A stretch of 64,000 nucleotides of DNA, from the NCBI GenBank assembly GCA_033809515.1, contig JAPXLN010000007.1, positions 9,348-73,347 on the forward strand. The letters are read 5' to 3'. The notes beneath the pieces are model-generated. The model was not told where the DNA came from. It made no database searches and worked only from the letters and a program-made list of their open reading frames with translations. This DNA is from Bacillota bacterium. GTDB taxonomy: Bacteria > Bacillota > Sulfobacillia > Fermentithermobacillales > Fermentithermobacillaceae. Made by a program: the position numbers and the translations under genes. Below, in pieces: positions 48,913 to 57,771 of this stretch. The stretch's first letter is position 1. Each line of letters opens with the position of its first letter.

Positions 48913-49749
48913 ATGTTGAACCTGTTATATCTGGCGGCAGCGGCGCCCAAGCCTCCTAAGTGGGGGTTTCTCATTCCCGTTGACAACAACGGTTTTGCTC
49001 TGCTGTGGTCGATAGTTCAGGGGATCCTGGTGTACTACCTTATTAACCAGGCCAGAGCCGGTAAGCCCGTTCTGGAGATCAGAAAGATCACAGGAATGGA
49101 TGCTTTTGACGAAGCAATCGGCCGGGCCACTGAAATGGGCAGGCCTGTCCATATCTGTGACTACTCTGAAGGCCTGGGAGACTACGATACGTTTGCCTAC
49201 TGGTCGTTCCTGGCTCACGTGGCCAAACTGTGCGCTTCGTATGACACCAGGATTATTGTTAGCGACTCAAGCTATCTTTGCAACGCGGTCCACCATGAAA
49301 TCGTGAAGCAGGCGTATCTTGAGGCCGGACGTCCGGACGCTTACAACCCGGATGATGTGAGATACATTTCGGGCACTCAGTTCGCGTGGACCATGGGTGT
49401 GGCGGGGATGATAGGCCGCGATAAGCCGGCAGCCCAGTTCCTTGTCGGCTACTTCTATGCCGAGTCTCTTATTCTGGCAGAGGCGGGCAACCTTGTAGGA
49501 GCAATCCAGATTGCCGCCACTTCCAGCACCGCCCAGCTACCGTTCTTCGTGGCTGCGTGCGATTATACCATGATTGGTGAGGAGCTCTATGCCGGCGCGG
49601 CATATCTCTCCAAGGAGCCTGTTATCACCGGTTCCGTTATTACACAGGACATAGGGCGCTTTGTTGTCTACGCCTTCGTGATCATCGGTGCGATTCTGGA
49701 GACTGTGGCGCCTAAGGCCAACTTTATTAAGACCATGCTTAAATTCTAG
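48913..49749 (+). CDS. DUF6754-like membrane protein
   Basis: N-terminal TM; IRKITGMDAFDEAIGRATEMGRPV; QLPFFVAACDYTMIGEELYA; C-terminal TM. The family name is recalled from memory. Confidence 0.75.
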   Translation: MLNLLYLAAAAPKPPKWGFLIPVDNNGFALLWSIVQGILVYYLINQARAGKPVLEIRKITGMDAFDEAIGRATEMGRPVHICDYSEGLGDYDTFAYWSFLAHVAKLCASYDTRIIVSDSSYLCNAVHHEIVKQAYLEAGRPDAYNPDDVRYISGTQFAWTMGVAGMIGRDKPAAQFLVGYFYAESLILAEAGNLVGAIQIAATSSTAQLPFFVAACDYTMIGEELYAGAAYLSKEPVITGSVITQDIGRFVVYAFVIIGAILETVAPKANFIKTMLKF

Positions 49750-49811
49750 TGCCGTTCCGGCCCTGTTTTCGAGAAGACCGGGGATAGCACTCAGGAAGGA
49801 GGTGTATTGGA

Positions 49812-50468
49812 TTGCGTAGAGAAGTCCCGTATGTCATCATGGTGATTTTCGCGGTGTTTCGGGCTATTTGCGAGACAGTGCACCAGGTGGACTTGTTCAA
49901 TATGCCGGGCACGAACATCAACATTCGGACCGCCACCAGTTATGCCTTGAGTTTCATGGGCGTGGCGGGCATGTTCCTGGGCGTGCTTAACGTCACCAGG
50001 GTTCAAGTCAACGCCATAAAGCGAAGGCGCGAAAACTGGGTATTCAACGTTTGGCTCTTGATCTGCCTGTACCTGTATGGAGCATACGGCCTCTGGAAGA
50101 GTAACACCGATGAAACGTACCGCTGGATATACAACTGCGTGTTTACTCCCCTTGATGCGAGCATGTTCTCGATCCTGGCATTCTTCATAGCTTCCGCAGC
50201 CTACAGGGCTTTCAGGGTTAGGAATCTGGAATCCATTCTTCTTATGGCTGTAGGCCTCATTGTCATGCTCGCCAACGTTCCCATAGGCGACATGATCTGG
50301 GGTCCTGACGCCTGGCTCGGAGGCCTTATGGGAGTCAAGAGCTGGATATTAAAGGTGCCTAACGCTGCTGCGGTGAGAGGCATTCAATTGGGCATATTCT
50401 TGGGCGCTATGGCGACTAACTGGAGGGTGTTCCTGGGCATTGAAAGGCGACACCTGGGCGTAGAGTAA
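49812..50468 (+). CDS. Uncharacterised multi-pass membrane protein
   Basis: About six hydrophobic segments; SMFSILAFFIASAAYRAFRVRN; VPNAAAVRGI. Confidence 0.8.
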   Translation: MRREVPYVIMVIFAVFRAICETVHQVDLFNMPGTNINIRTATSYALSFMGVAGMFLGVLNVTRVQVNAIKRRRENWVFNVWLLICLYLYGAYGLWKSNTDETYRWIYNCVFTPLDASMFSILAFFIASAAYRAFRVRNLESILLMAVGLIVMLANVPIGDMIWGPDAWLGGLMGVKSWILKVPNAAAVRGIQLGIFLGAMATNWRVFLGIERRHLGVE

Positions 50469-50522
50469 GATTTCGCTGCTCTGAAGAAACTTTGAGGATT
50501 TCTCCGAAGGGAGGGAAAACGC

Positions 50523-51365
50523 GTGAAATTTCTGGAGCGATTTGACCAGATAAACCCGAGAATTGTCTACCTCTTGATGGCGCTTGCTCTTGTCTTGCCT
50601 GTGCTGAAGCCAATCGGCATGCCCATTGAGGTTGATAACGAGTTGACCCGACCGGTATACGATTGGATTGAGAGCCTTAGTCCCGACGATATCGTGTTCT
50701 TTGATGCATCCTACGGCGGAGGGTCTGACGCTGAGCTTTCCCCCCAGCTTGAAGCGTGGCTCTATCACTGTTTCATGAAAGACGTCAAGGTTATAGGGGT
50801 GGCTCAGTGGGAGACAGGCGCTCAGCTGTCCAGCAACGTGTGCCAAAAGGTTGCCGCCAGGGCAACGGCTGCCGGGTACAATGCTGAGTATGGCACCGAC
50901 TGGTTCTTCGTAGGCTGGCGGAACATGGTATGGAGAGGCATGATCGACGATTTCTGGCTGACAGTAGGTAACCAGGATTTCTGGGGAAACCACCTGTCTA
51001 CGCTGCCGTTGGCAGCACGGGTACCCAAGTGGGACACGGAGCACACTAAGGGCCTGATTATCTTCAGCGCAGGGAGCCCGGGAATCCCCACTTACACCAC
51101 GTATTGGCCGGATCACGACATCTACGTTGGTGATGTTGCCGTGCAGGTTGCCGGAACGTCTAACTATCTGCGGTCCGGACAGGTCAAAGGGATCATCCCC
51201 GGCCTTCGCGGAGCGGCAGAGTATGAGAAGCTCACAGGACAACCGGGGCTTGGCACCAAACTTATGGACGCTCAGTCCGTCGGGCATGTGATTATCATAT
51301 TGCTGGTTATCCTTGGGAACATCTCGTTCTTTATGAAACAGAGTCAGAAGAAGGCTGCGGCCTGA
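50523..51365 (+). CDS. Uncharacterised membrane protein (TM - soluble alpha/beta domain - TM)
   Basis: AELSPQ...H; GLRGAAEYEKL...MDAQSVGH; SD GGAGG. Confidence 0.8.
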   Translation: MKFLERFDQINPRIVYLLMALALVLPVLKPIGMPIEVDNELTRPVYDWIESLSPDDIVFFDASYGGGSDAELSPQLEAWLYHCFMKDVKVIGVAQWETGAQLSSNVCQKVAARATAAGYNAEYGTDWFFVGWRNMVWRGMIDDFWLTVGNQDFWGNHLSTLPLAARVPKWDTEHTKGLIIFSAGSPGIPTYTTYWPDHDIYVGDVAVQVAGTSNYLRSGQVKGIIPGLRGAAEYEKLTGQPGLGTKLMDAQSVGHVIIILLVILGNISFFMKQSQKKAAA

Positions 51366-51397
51366 ATGACCGGTAAAGAGAAAGGAGGTGAAAATCC

Positions 51398-52006
51398 GTG
51401 GAATTAACGAGACCGCAGATCTGGATCGCAGCATTTCTGACGCTGGGAGTCTACTCGTACCTGGTAAAAGAAAACCCCTGGTACCGGTTAGCGGAGCACA
51501 CTTTCGTGGCTTTTTCGGTAGCTCACAGTGTGACTATGAGCTACCACCAGACGTTCAAAGTGTATAAGCAGGCGTATATAGTGGAAAACGGATGGTGGTG
51601 GTTCTGGCTGTTCTTTGCAGTGGGCCTTCTGTATTACACCCGGTACGGGCCTGCCAAGTACCAGTGGCTCTCACGCTATCCCATATCAATCTCCATTGGG
51701 TGGGGACTCGGCTCCTCTCTTGCCAGGGCAGCAAGGCCTTACCTGGTACAGATAGTGGATACTATGAGGCCGTGGGATAGCATCGAGAACTTCCTCTTCT
51801 TCATTATGTTTGTGGCAGTGTTAATGTACTTTTTCTTTACCATCGGCAGCAAGACGAAGGTTGTTCCTCTGGGCGGGAGAATCGGCAGGTGGATCATGAT
51901 GGTAGGTTTCGGAGCCAGCTTCGGAAATACCATCGGAGGACGAATTTCCTTGTTCCTGGCCAGGCTACAGTTCCTTCTTGTTGACTGGATGAAACTTAAG
52001 ATCTAG
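51398..52006 (+). CDS. Uncharacterised multi-pass membrane protein
   Basis: YSYLVKENPWYRLAEH...; YFFFT; GRWIMMVGFGASFGNTIGGRISL; strong SD AAGGAGGTGA. Confidence 0.8.
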   Translation: MELTRPQIWIAAFLTLGVYSYLVKENPWYRLAEHTFVAFSVAHSVTMSYHQTFKVYKQAYIVENGWWWFWLFFAVGLLYYTRYGPAKYQWLSRYPISISIGWGLGSSLARAARPYLVQIVDTMRPWDSIENFLFFIMFVAVLMYFFFTIGSKTKVVPLGGRIGRWIMMVGFGASFGNTIGGRISLFLARLQFLLVDWMKLKI

Positions 52007-52033
52007 AGTGTTCGCGAAGTTTAGCACATTCAA

Positions 52034-52066
52034 GAGCCCGGCACCTTCCAGCCGGGCTCCCTTGTT
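52034..52066. terminator. Terminator between convergent operons
   Basis: Perfect 9-bp stem GAGCCCGGC / GCCGGGCTC. Confidence 0.8.
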
Positions 52067-52068
52067 AT

Positions 52069-52704
52069 CTATATGATTCCGGTAAGGATCAGGGTGGACC
52101 ACGGTTCAAATCTCCCAAGGGCTTTCATGTTTCCCATCTCAACCCAAGCACCCATCATCTTGTCGGTTTCTCTTACGGCCAGCAAAGGTGAAGGAAGGTG
52201 AACCACTGATACGATGCCCAGGTGCACCTTGCCCACCGGGTTCTGATCGTCGTTGAGGAAGCCCAGTATAGCTATGGTAGGGTTGCCTGCAACAGAGACT
52301 TCCTCGCGGATCTCCCGGGCGGTGTTCATGCCTGCTATGGATTTTATGTCGGAAATACGTCTTCTGCCTGGCCATTGGATCTCCGGTACAGGGTTCATGT
52401 GTCCTCCTACCCCAATAGACAGGAGTCCCCGGAGCCTTGCTTCGCTTTGAGCATTGAGCCGTTTCATGACGAAGATTCGCTTGTCGGAAAGGAAGATTGT
52501 ATAAGAAACTAGCTGTTTGAGCGAAGGGTCATCCTCTACCCGGGATCTGGGCCTGAACGCTGATTTTCGGGCGAGAACCCTCCACATCTCAGGGGAATCT
52601 TTTCTGAGACCGCGCCATTGGCCTGCTGCCTCATAGAGGTCACGGGTAGGCACACAGAGCACCGGTTCATCAGGTTCATTGGGAAATAAGACGCCTTTGG
52701 ACAC
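52069..52704 (-). CDS. Predicted NUDIX-family phosphoesterase (COG4112-like)
   Basis: EDDPSLKQLVSY, SIGVGGHMNP, REIREEV and VGKVHLG. Confidence 0.8.
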   Translation of the reverse strand: MSKGVLFPNEPDEPVLCVPTRDLYEAAGQWRGLRKDSPEMWRVLARKSAFRPRSRVEDDPSLKQLVSYTIFLSDKRIFVMKRLNAQSEARLRGLLSIGVGGHMNPVPEIQWPGRRRISDIKSIAGMNTAREIREEVSVAGNPTIAILGFLNDDQNPVGKVHLGIVSVVHLPSPLLAVRETDKMMGAWVEMGNMKALGRFEPWSTLILTGII

Positions 52705-52711
52705 TTCCTGG

Positions 52712-53173
52712 TCAAACTCCCCTCTTGTCTATGACGTATTTAACAAGGTTCATATTGTTCAAAAGGAGCCGGTCACCGTGAGCAACCGTTAAGGTATAGT
52801 GCCCCAGGAGTTCCATAAGATCAACAAACGGCTCCGCGATCTCCCAGGGAATCCTCCATGCTGCGTAAAAGACGCATGTCAGGTGACGGGGGTCCGCAAA
52901 GGTCACGATTTGGCATAGGGCCTCTGTCTTGCCGGTCCTTACCAGGCCGACTTTGATATTGGTATCACCTGCATAGATGTCAGGCCCTGAAGGAAAAGGC
53001 TTAACTCCGTTTTGTACAGACATAAGCAGCCGGGCTGTGTTCTCAGCTTCACGGACTGAAGAGTAAGAAATAGCTACTACGGGTTCAGGCGAGTCTTCAG
53101 GGTTGAAGCTTACGCATCCGACTGTGATCTGCGGTTTGTTCATGCTCGAGCAGCTGGATCGTGTTTCTTTCAT
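52712..53173 (-). CDS. Hypothetical protein
   Basis: ORF in tandem with the NUDIX gene; GGAGG SD 9 nt before ATG 53173. Confidence 0.55.
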   Translation of the reverse strand: MKETRSSCSSMNKPQITVGCVSFNPEDSPEPVVAISYSSVREAENTARLLMSVQNGVKPFPSGPDIYAGDTNIKVGLVRTGKTEALCQIVTFADPRHLTCVFYAAWRIPWEIAEPFVDLMELLGHYTLTVAHGDRLLLNNMNLVKYVIDKRGV

Positions 53174-53278
53174 CCACGCAAGCCTCCTGTTTCTCCTGAT
53201 CCCGTGGGCCGAGATGCTCAGCCTTTCGAATACTATCATATCTTATCCGTCATCATAATAGGCTTTCTTTGAGACGAG

Positions 53279-53995
53279 GTGGTAGCCATGCCTTGGAGAG
53301 AATCATATAGGACCCGGGATGGCCGGGCAAGAAGCGCAAAAGAAGCGCAAGGGCTGCCCGGATGGGTTATTCAGCTGGTGGCCTCCTTGTTCATACTCGC
53401 TTTAGTCCTTGGCGCTGCAAGGAGCCCGACCGGGCCCGCCTCAAGCGTAGTTGAGTTTGCCAGGGGCGTGGTGGGAGAGGATCTTTCATATGAAGAGGTC
53501 ACACTGTGGGCGGGCGGTGCCGCTACGGCCGTGGGAAGGTTTTTCAACCTGGACCTGCGGGGTTTCTGGTCAGAAGCGGTTACAGGAAGACCTGCGGAGC
53601 CTTCCTGGCCTGTGTTAGGTCAAATCACCTCGACTTTCGGGTGGCGCTCCAGTCCTGATTCCGCAGGCATGTCTCTTCATCAGGGAATCGACATACAGGT
53701 GCTTTCAGGAACCAAAGTGACAGCCATTCTGCCCGGAGCCGTATCGTTGGTACGCGAGTCCCCGGCCTACGGTTTAGTAGTTGAGGTCAACCATGGAAAC
53801 GGATTGGTTTCCCGGTATGCACGTCTGAACTCGGCTTCGGTTACAGAAGGAAACCGGGTGAAAAAAGGTGAAGAGCTGGGCGTTGTAGGCAAAGGGGGCG
53901 ACAGTACACTATTACATCTCCATTTTGAGGTCGCAAAAGATGGTTTGGAGATCGATCCGTTAACGGTACTTCCGTCGGTTTCCAAGGGGCCCTAG
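53279..53995 (+). CDS. M23 peptidase (SpoIVFA-like position)
   Basis: N-terminal TM; ITSTFGWR, HQGID and HLHFEV. Confidence 0.85.
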   Translation: MVAMPWRESYRTRDGRARSAKEAQGLPGWVIQLVASLFILALVLGAARSPTGPASSVVEFARGVVGEDLSYEEVTLWAGGAATAVGRFFNLDLRGFWSEAVTGRPAEPSWPVLGQITSTFGWRSSPDSAGMSLHQGIDIQVLSGTKVTAILPGAVSLVRESPAYGLVVEVNHGNGLVSRYARLNSASVTEGNRVKKGEELGVVGKGGDSTLLHLHFEVAKDGLEIDPLTVLPSVSKGP

Positions 53996-54002
53996 CCAAT
54001 CT

Positions 54003-54917
54003 ATGGCGGCCATGTCCATACCCCTGTTCAAGCTGGGCCAAGCTGAGGTCCGTGTCCATGTGACTTTCCTTGCTGCAGGGATCATACTGGCGTCATCCGG
54101 GTTTGCTCTTCACCTGGCCATATTTGCGGGCAGTCTGATCTTCCACGAAATGGGCCACCTGGCCGGAGCTTTGTGGATGGGGGCCGAGATCACCAAAATC
54201 GAGGTTTGGCCTTTTGGGGCTGTAGCAAGGCTGGAACAGTCCTGGCAGCTGTCACCGGTTTCAGAGACGCTTGTAGCGCTTATGGGACCCTTGAATAGCG
54301 GGATTCTGGGCTCGCTGGCATCCCTGGCAGGCCAGGGTCTTGTCCGATTACACGGCAATGGAGTGAGTTTTCCTCTCCTCAACGCCTTGATAGGTTTCAA
54401 CATGGGCCTTTTTGTCCTCAACCTTATTCCATGTCTTCCTCTGGATGGGGGCAGAGTCCTGCGATCACAGTTGGCGTTGAAGTTGGGTTATAGAGAAGCT
54501 ACCTGCAAGGTAGCGTCTCTGGGTATGTGGGTTGGCATCTTTGTGACCGTGCTTGGCTTTGCAGGAATGGGTTACGGAGTTCCATGGTATCCGGCACTCA
54601 TACTTGGCCCTCTTATTGTCTGGAGCGCCGCAGAGGAAAGAATGTTCGCGGCAGCCGGCAATATTCTCGAGATACTGGCCCGAAGCGACCGGTTGAAACA
54701 GAGAAAGGTCATGCCTGTAGAAGAGATGCTTGTCTCTGCGGATGCAAGGGTAGGCCAAGTGGTGGCAGCTTTTCGGCCTTCACGGTATCATATGATACTG
54801 GTGGCAGGTAAGAACATGAAAGTACTCGGAAGATTGCCCGAGACCAAGGTTCTCGAAGCTTACTACAGGGGCCATACTAATCTCCGCATGAAGGACTTTT
54901 GCGATTCATTTCTCTGA
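54003..54917 (+). CDS. spoIVFB: M50 site-2 intramembrane protease, SpoIVFB-like, with a CBS-like C-terminus
   Basis: HEMGH and NLIPCLPLDGG motifs; conserved synteny upstream of TIGR03960-type and rng genes. Confidence 0.78.
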   Translation: MAAMSIPLFKLGQAEVRVHVTFLAAGIILASSGFALHLAIFAGSLIFHEMGHLAGALWMGAEITKIEVWPFGAVARLEQSWQLSPVSETLVALMGPLNSGILGSLASLAGQGLVRLHGNGVSFPLLNALIGFNMGLFVLNLIPCLPLDGGRVLRSQLALKLGYREATCKVASLGMWVGIFVTVLGFAGMGYGVPWYPALILGPLIVWSAAEERMFAAAGNILEILARSDRLKQRKVMPVEEMLVSADARVGQVVAAFRPSRYHMILVAGKNMKVLGRLPETKVLEAYYRGHTNLRMKDFCDSFL

Positions 54918-54980
54918 TTGTATGCACCGGGTTATAATGTAAGATAAGGGAATGATGCAGGCGTTTCATAGCCCGGCACT

Positions 54981-57611
54981 TTGGAGGAAAGGTTTAATGA
55001 GGTGTTAGAAGGAAAACACACGGTTTTAGCGTGGGATGATCTTAAGAGAGAGCTCGGTAAGGTCGAAAAACCTGCAAGGTATTCCGGCGGAGAGATAAAC
55101 GCTTTCAGAAAGAAGGCTCCGCCGGTAGATGTCCATTTCGCGCTCGCGTTTCCTGACGTATATGAAGTCGGCATGAGCCATCTTGGTTCGCATATACTCT
55201 ACTCAGTCTTGAATTCACGGGAGGATGTTTCGTGCGAAAGGACCTACGCTCCCTGGCCTGACATGGAGGGTTTACTAAGAGCCAAGGGATGGTCTTTGTT
55301 TACCCTTGAAAGCCGCCTTCCCCTTAATGCCTTTGATATCATTGGGTTTTCGCTTCAGTACGAACTAACTTACACAAACGTTCTGGCTATGTTGGACCTA
55401 GGACGAGTGCCCCTGAAGTCCTGCGACCGGAAGGAGAATCATCCTCTGGTCATAGCGGGAGGACCTTGTGCCCTCTCGGGGGAGCCCCTTGCTGAATTCA
55501 TTGATGCTTTCGTCCTCGGTGACGGTGAGGAAGTTGTTCTCGAGGTTGTAGACGCCTATAAGTCCTGGAGACGTTCAGGTGCAGGCAGAGACAGGCTGCT
55601 TCTGAATCTCTCCTCGGTACGCGGTGTCTATGTTCCGTCTCTTTACGAGCCAAAGTATGAACAAGGAGGAGTCGGTCCTCTCAAGGAGACTGCGCCTGTA
55701 ATCAGCGACGGACAAGCTCCTGCACCTGTAATCAAAAGGCGGGTTGTGAAGGACTTGGATAGGGCCTCTTATGTTGAGAATCCCCTTATTCCCCTGATTC
55801 CTCCCATACATGACAGGGCCGTAGTAGAGATCTTTCGTGGTTGTACTCAGGGCTGCAGGTTCTGCCAGGCAGGGATGATCTACAGGCCCGTAAGGGAACG
55901 GCCCCCTGGAGAGATCTGCAGCATGGCCCGGGATCTTCTTGGGCGTTCAGGGTACGGCGAGGTATCTTTGGTTTCTCTTTCATCTGCTGATTACAGCCGC
56001 ATCGAAGAGCTTCTTGCGTCCCTTCTCAAGGATAACCCATGCGGTGCCAGGGTCTCTCTGCCTTCGTTAAGGGTGGACTCGTTTTCTGTGGGGCTGGCTC
56101 AAATGCTGGGTTCGTCAACCAAGAGTGGTCTGACCCTGGCTCCGGAGGCCGGTTCTCAGCGGTTGAGAGACATTATCAACAAGAAGGTCACCCAAAAGGA
56201 CGTGTTGGATGCAGCTTCCGCAGCTTTTGAGGCCGGATACTCCCACATAAAGCTCTATTTTATGATAGGGCTTCCCGGGGAGACAGACGAAGACGTAGAG
56301 GCCATTGGGCACCTGGCATCTTTGGTAAGAAAGACCGGACGGGACCTGGGTAAGAAGCCTACGGTGGTTGTCTCGGTATCCGGTTTTGTGCCTAAGGCTC
56401 ACACTCCGTTTCAGTGGGAGGCATGTCTGTCTCAGGAGGAGCTCGAAAGACGCCAGCAGATTCTCAAGAGGACCTTGCGAGGCCCGGGCCTGGTGTTCCG
56501 TTACCATGATGCAGGCCTTACCTGGCTTGAGGCAGTGTTTGCCCGGGGTGACAGGAGGCTTGGCCAAGGGCTGGAAATTGCCTTTCGCAGCGGCAGAAGG
56601 TTTGATGCATGGCCCGAACATTTCGACCGGGCAGTGTGGGAGGGGATCTTCCGGCAGGCAGGCATAGATCCGGGTTTTTACGCTTTGAGGGAACGGGATA
56701 GCGATGAGGTGTTTCCCTGGGATCACCTTCAGTCTGGACTGAACAAGGCTTTCCTCTGGCAGGAGCGACAAAAAGCGCGCAGGGGAGAACGGACTGAGGA
56801 CTGCCGGCGGCATCCTTGCGAGGGGTGCGGGGTATGTGCAGGCCTTGAGGTACAGCCGTCCATAGTGCCGGAGGCTGTTGCAGATGTCGTATCTCTGTCA
56901 ACATGCATAGGATCCGGCAGTTTGCAACAGGACATACCCGAGGCTGAATCTTCGAAGATCCGGGTTATCTACAGAAAGGGCGACACGGTCAGATTCCTGA
57001 GTCACCTGGACGTAGCCAGAGTCATCCATATGTCTTTGAAGAGATCTTCCTGGCCCGTGCAGATGTCCAGGGGATTTTCGCCCAAGCCCAGGGTCTCTTT
57101 TTACTCACCGCTTCCAGTGGGAACAGCCGGACAGGAGGAGTACTTCGATGCTCTTCTGTCAGGGCGCCCTCTTCTCCCTGACCTTGTTCGTTCCTTGACC
57201 AAGGCAATGCCCGAAGGGTTTTCGGTTTCCGGAGCTTATGAGGTTCCTGTCAAAGCACCCTCATTGGATCAGACGATTAGAGGGTCTGTGTACTCCATTG
57301 AGCTCAGGGATGTTGACAAGACGCAGGTTGCAGAAGCTGTGCGCGCTTTCACGGAGGACGACAGCGTGTTGTTTGACGTGGACAGACAGAGTGGAACCAG
57401 GACTTTGGATCTGCGCAAGTTTGTCAGGGGTATCGGGGAACCGCAGAGTGTGTCCGGGAAGTCAGACTTTGTGACTATAGATATGGTTATTCAGCACTAT
57501 GACGGGAGAACCGTCAGGCCCGAATGGGTTTTAGCTGCCTTGACCCGGTACGGGTTATCATTGGATCCCAAGGAAGCTATTATTGACAGAAGGAAGATAT
57601 TGTTTGACTGA
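54981..57611 (+). CDS. Fused TIGR03960-type B12-binding radical SAM plus TIGR03936-type radical-SAM-linked protein
   Basis: VEKPARYSGGE, FPDVYEVGMSH, RGCTQGCRFC (CxxxCxxC), CxxCxxC near aa 610, then RFLSHLD...GFSPKPRVSF. Confidence 0.88.
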   Translation: MEERFNEVLEGKHTVLAWDDLKRELGKVEKPARYSGGEINAFRKKAPPVDVHFALAFPDVYEVGMSHLGSHILYSVLNSREDVSCERTYAPWPDMEGLLRAKGWSLFTLESRLPLNAFDIIGFSLQYELTYTNVLAMLDLGRVPLKSCDRKENHPLVIAGGPCALSGEPLAEFIDAFVLGDGEEVVLEVVDAYKSWRRSGAGRDRLLLNLSSVRGVYVPSLYEPKYEQGGVGPLKETAPVISDGQAPAPVIKRRVVKDLDRASYVENPLIPLIPPIHDRAVVEIFRGCTQGCRFCQAGMIYRPVRERPPGEICSMARDLLGRSGYGEVSLVSLSSADYSRIEELLASLLKDNPCGARVSLPSLRVDSFSVGLAQMLGSSTKSGLTLAPEAGSQRLRDIINKKVTQKDVLDAASAAFEAGYSHIKLYFMIGLPGETDEDVEAIGHLASLVRKTGRDLGKKPTVVVSVSGFVPKAHTPFQWEACLSQEELERRQQILKRTLRGPGLVFRYHDAGLTWLEAVFARGDRRLGQGLEIAFRSGRRFDAWPEHFDRAVWEGIFRQAGIDPGFYALRERDSDEVFPWDHLQSGLNKAFLWQERQKARRGERTEDCRRHPCEGCGVCAGLEVQPSIVPEAVADVVSLSTCIGSGSLQQDIPEAESSKIRVIYRKGDTVRFLSHLDVARVIHMSLKRSSWPVQMSRGFSPKPRVSFYSPLPVGTAGQEEYFDALLSGRPLLPDLVRSLTKAMPEGFSVSGAYEVPVKAPSLDQTIRGSVYSIELRDVDKTQVAEAVRAFTEDDSVLFDVDRQSGTRTLDLRKFVRGIGEPQSVSGKSDFVTIDMVIQHYDGRTVRPEWVLAALTRYGLSLDPKEAIIDRRKILFD

Positions 57612-57771
57612 GAAAACAACCGGTAAAGGAACCGGCACAGCAACTGACAGGGTGACTGAAGGCTTAGAGAAGCCAAAGGCAAGAAGGTCATCAAAGAAAC
57701 GATCTAGGAGAAGACACGGGAAGCAGACGACCCTTTCCAAACAAGCGAACTCAGGAGATGAAAGACCTCCC

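Noticed and set aside
53230-53265. Sigma-E promoter for the M23/spoIVFB-like pair (TCATA...CATAATA)
   Set aside because: The spacing between the two elements is shorter than the sigma-E consensus, so it is not called.
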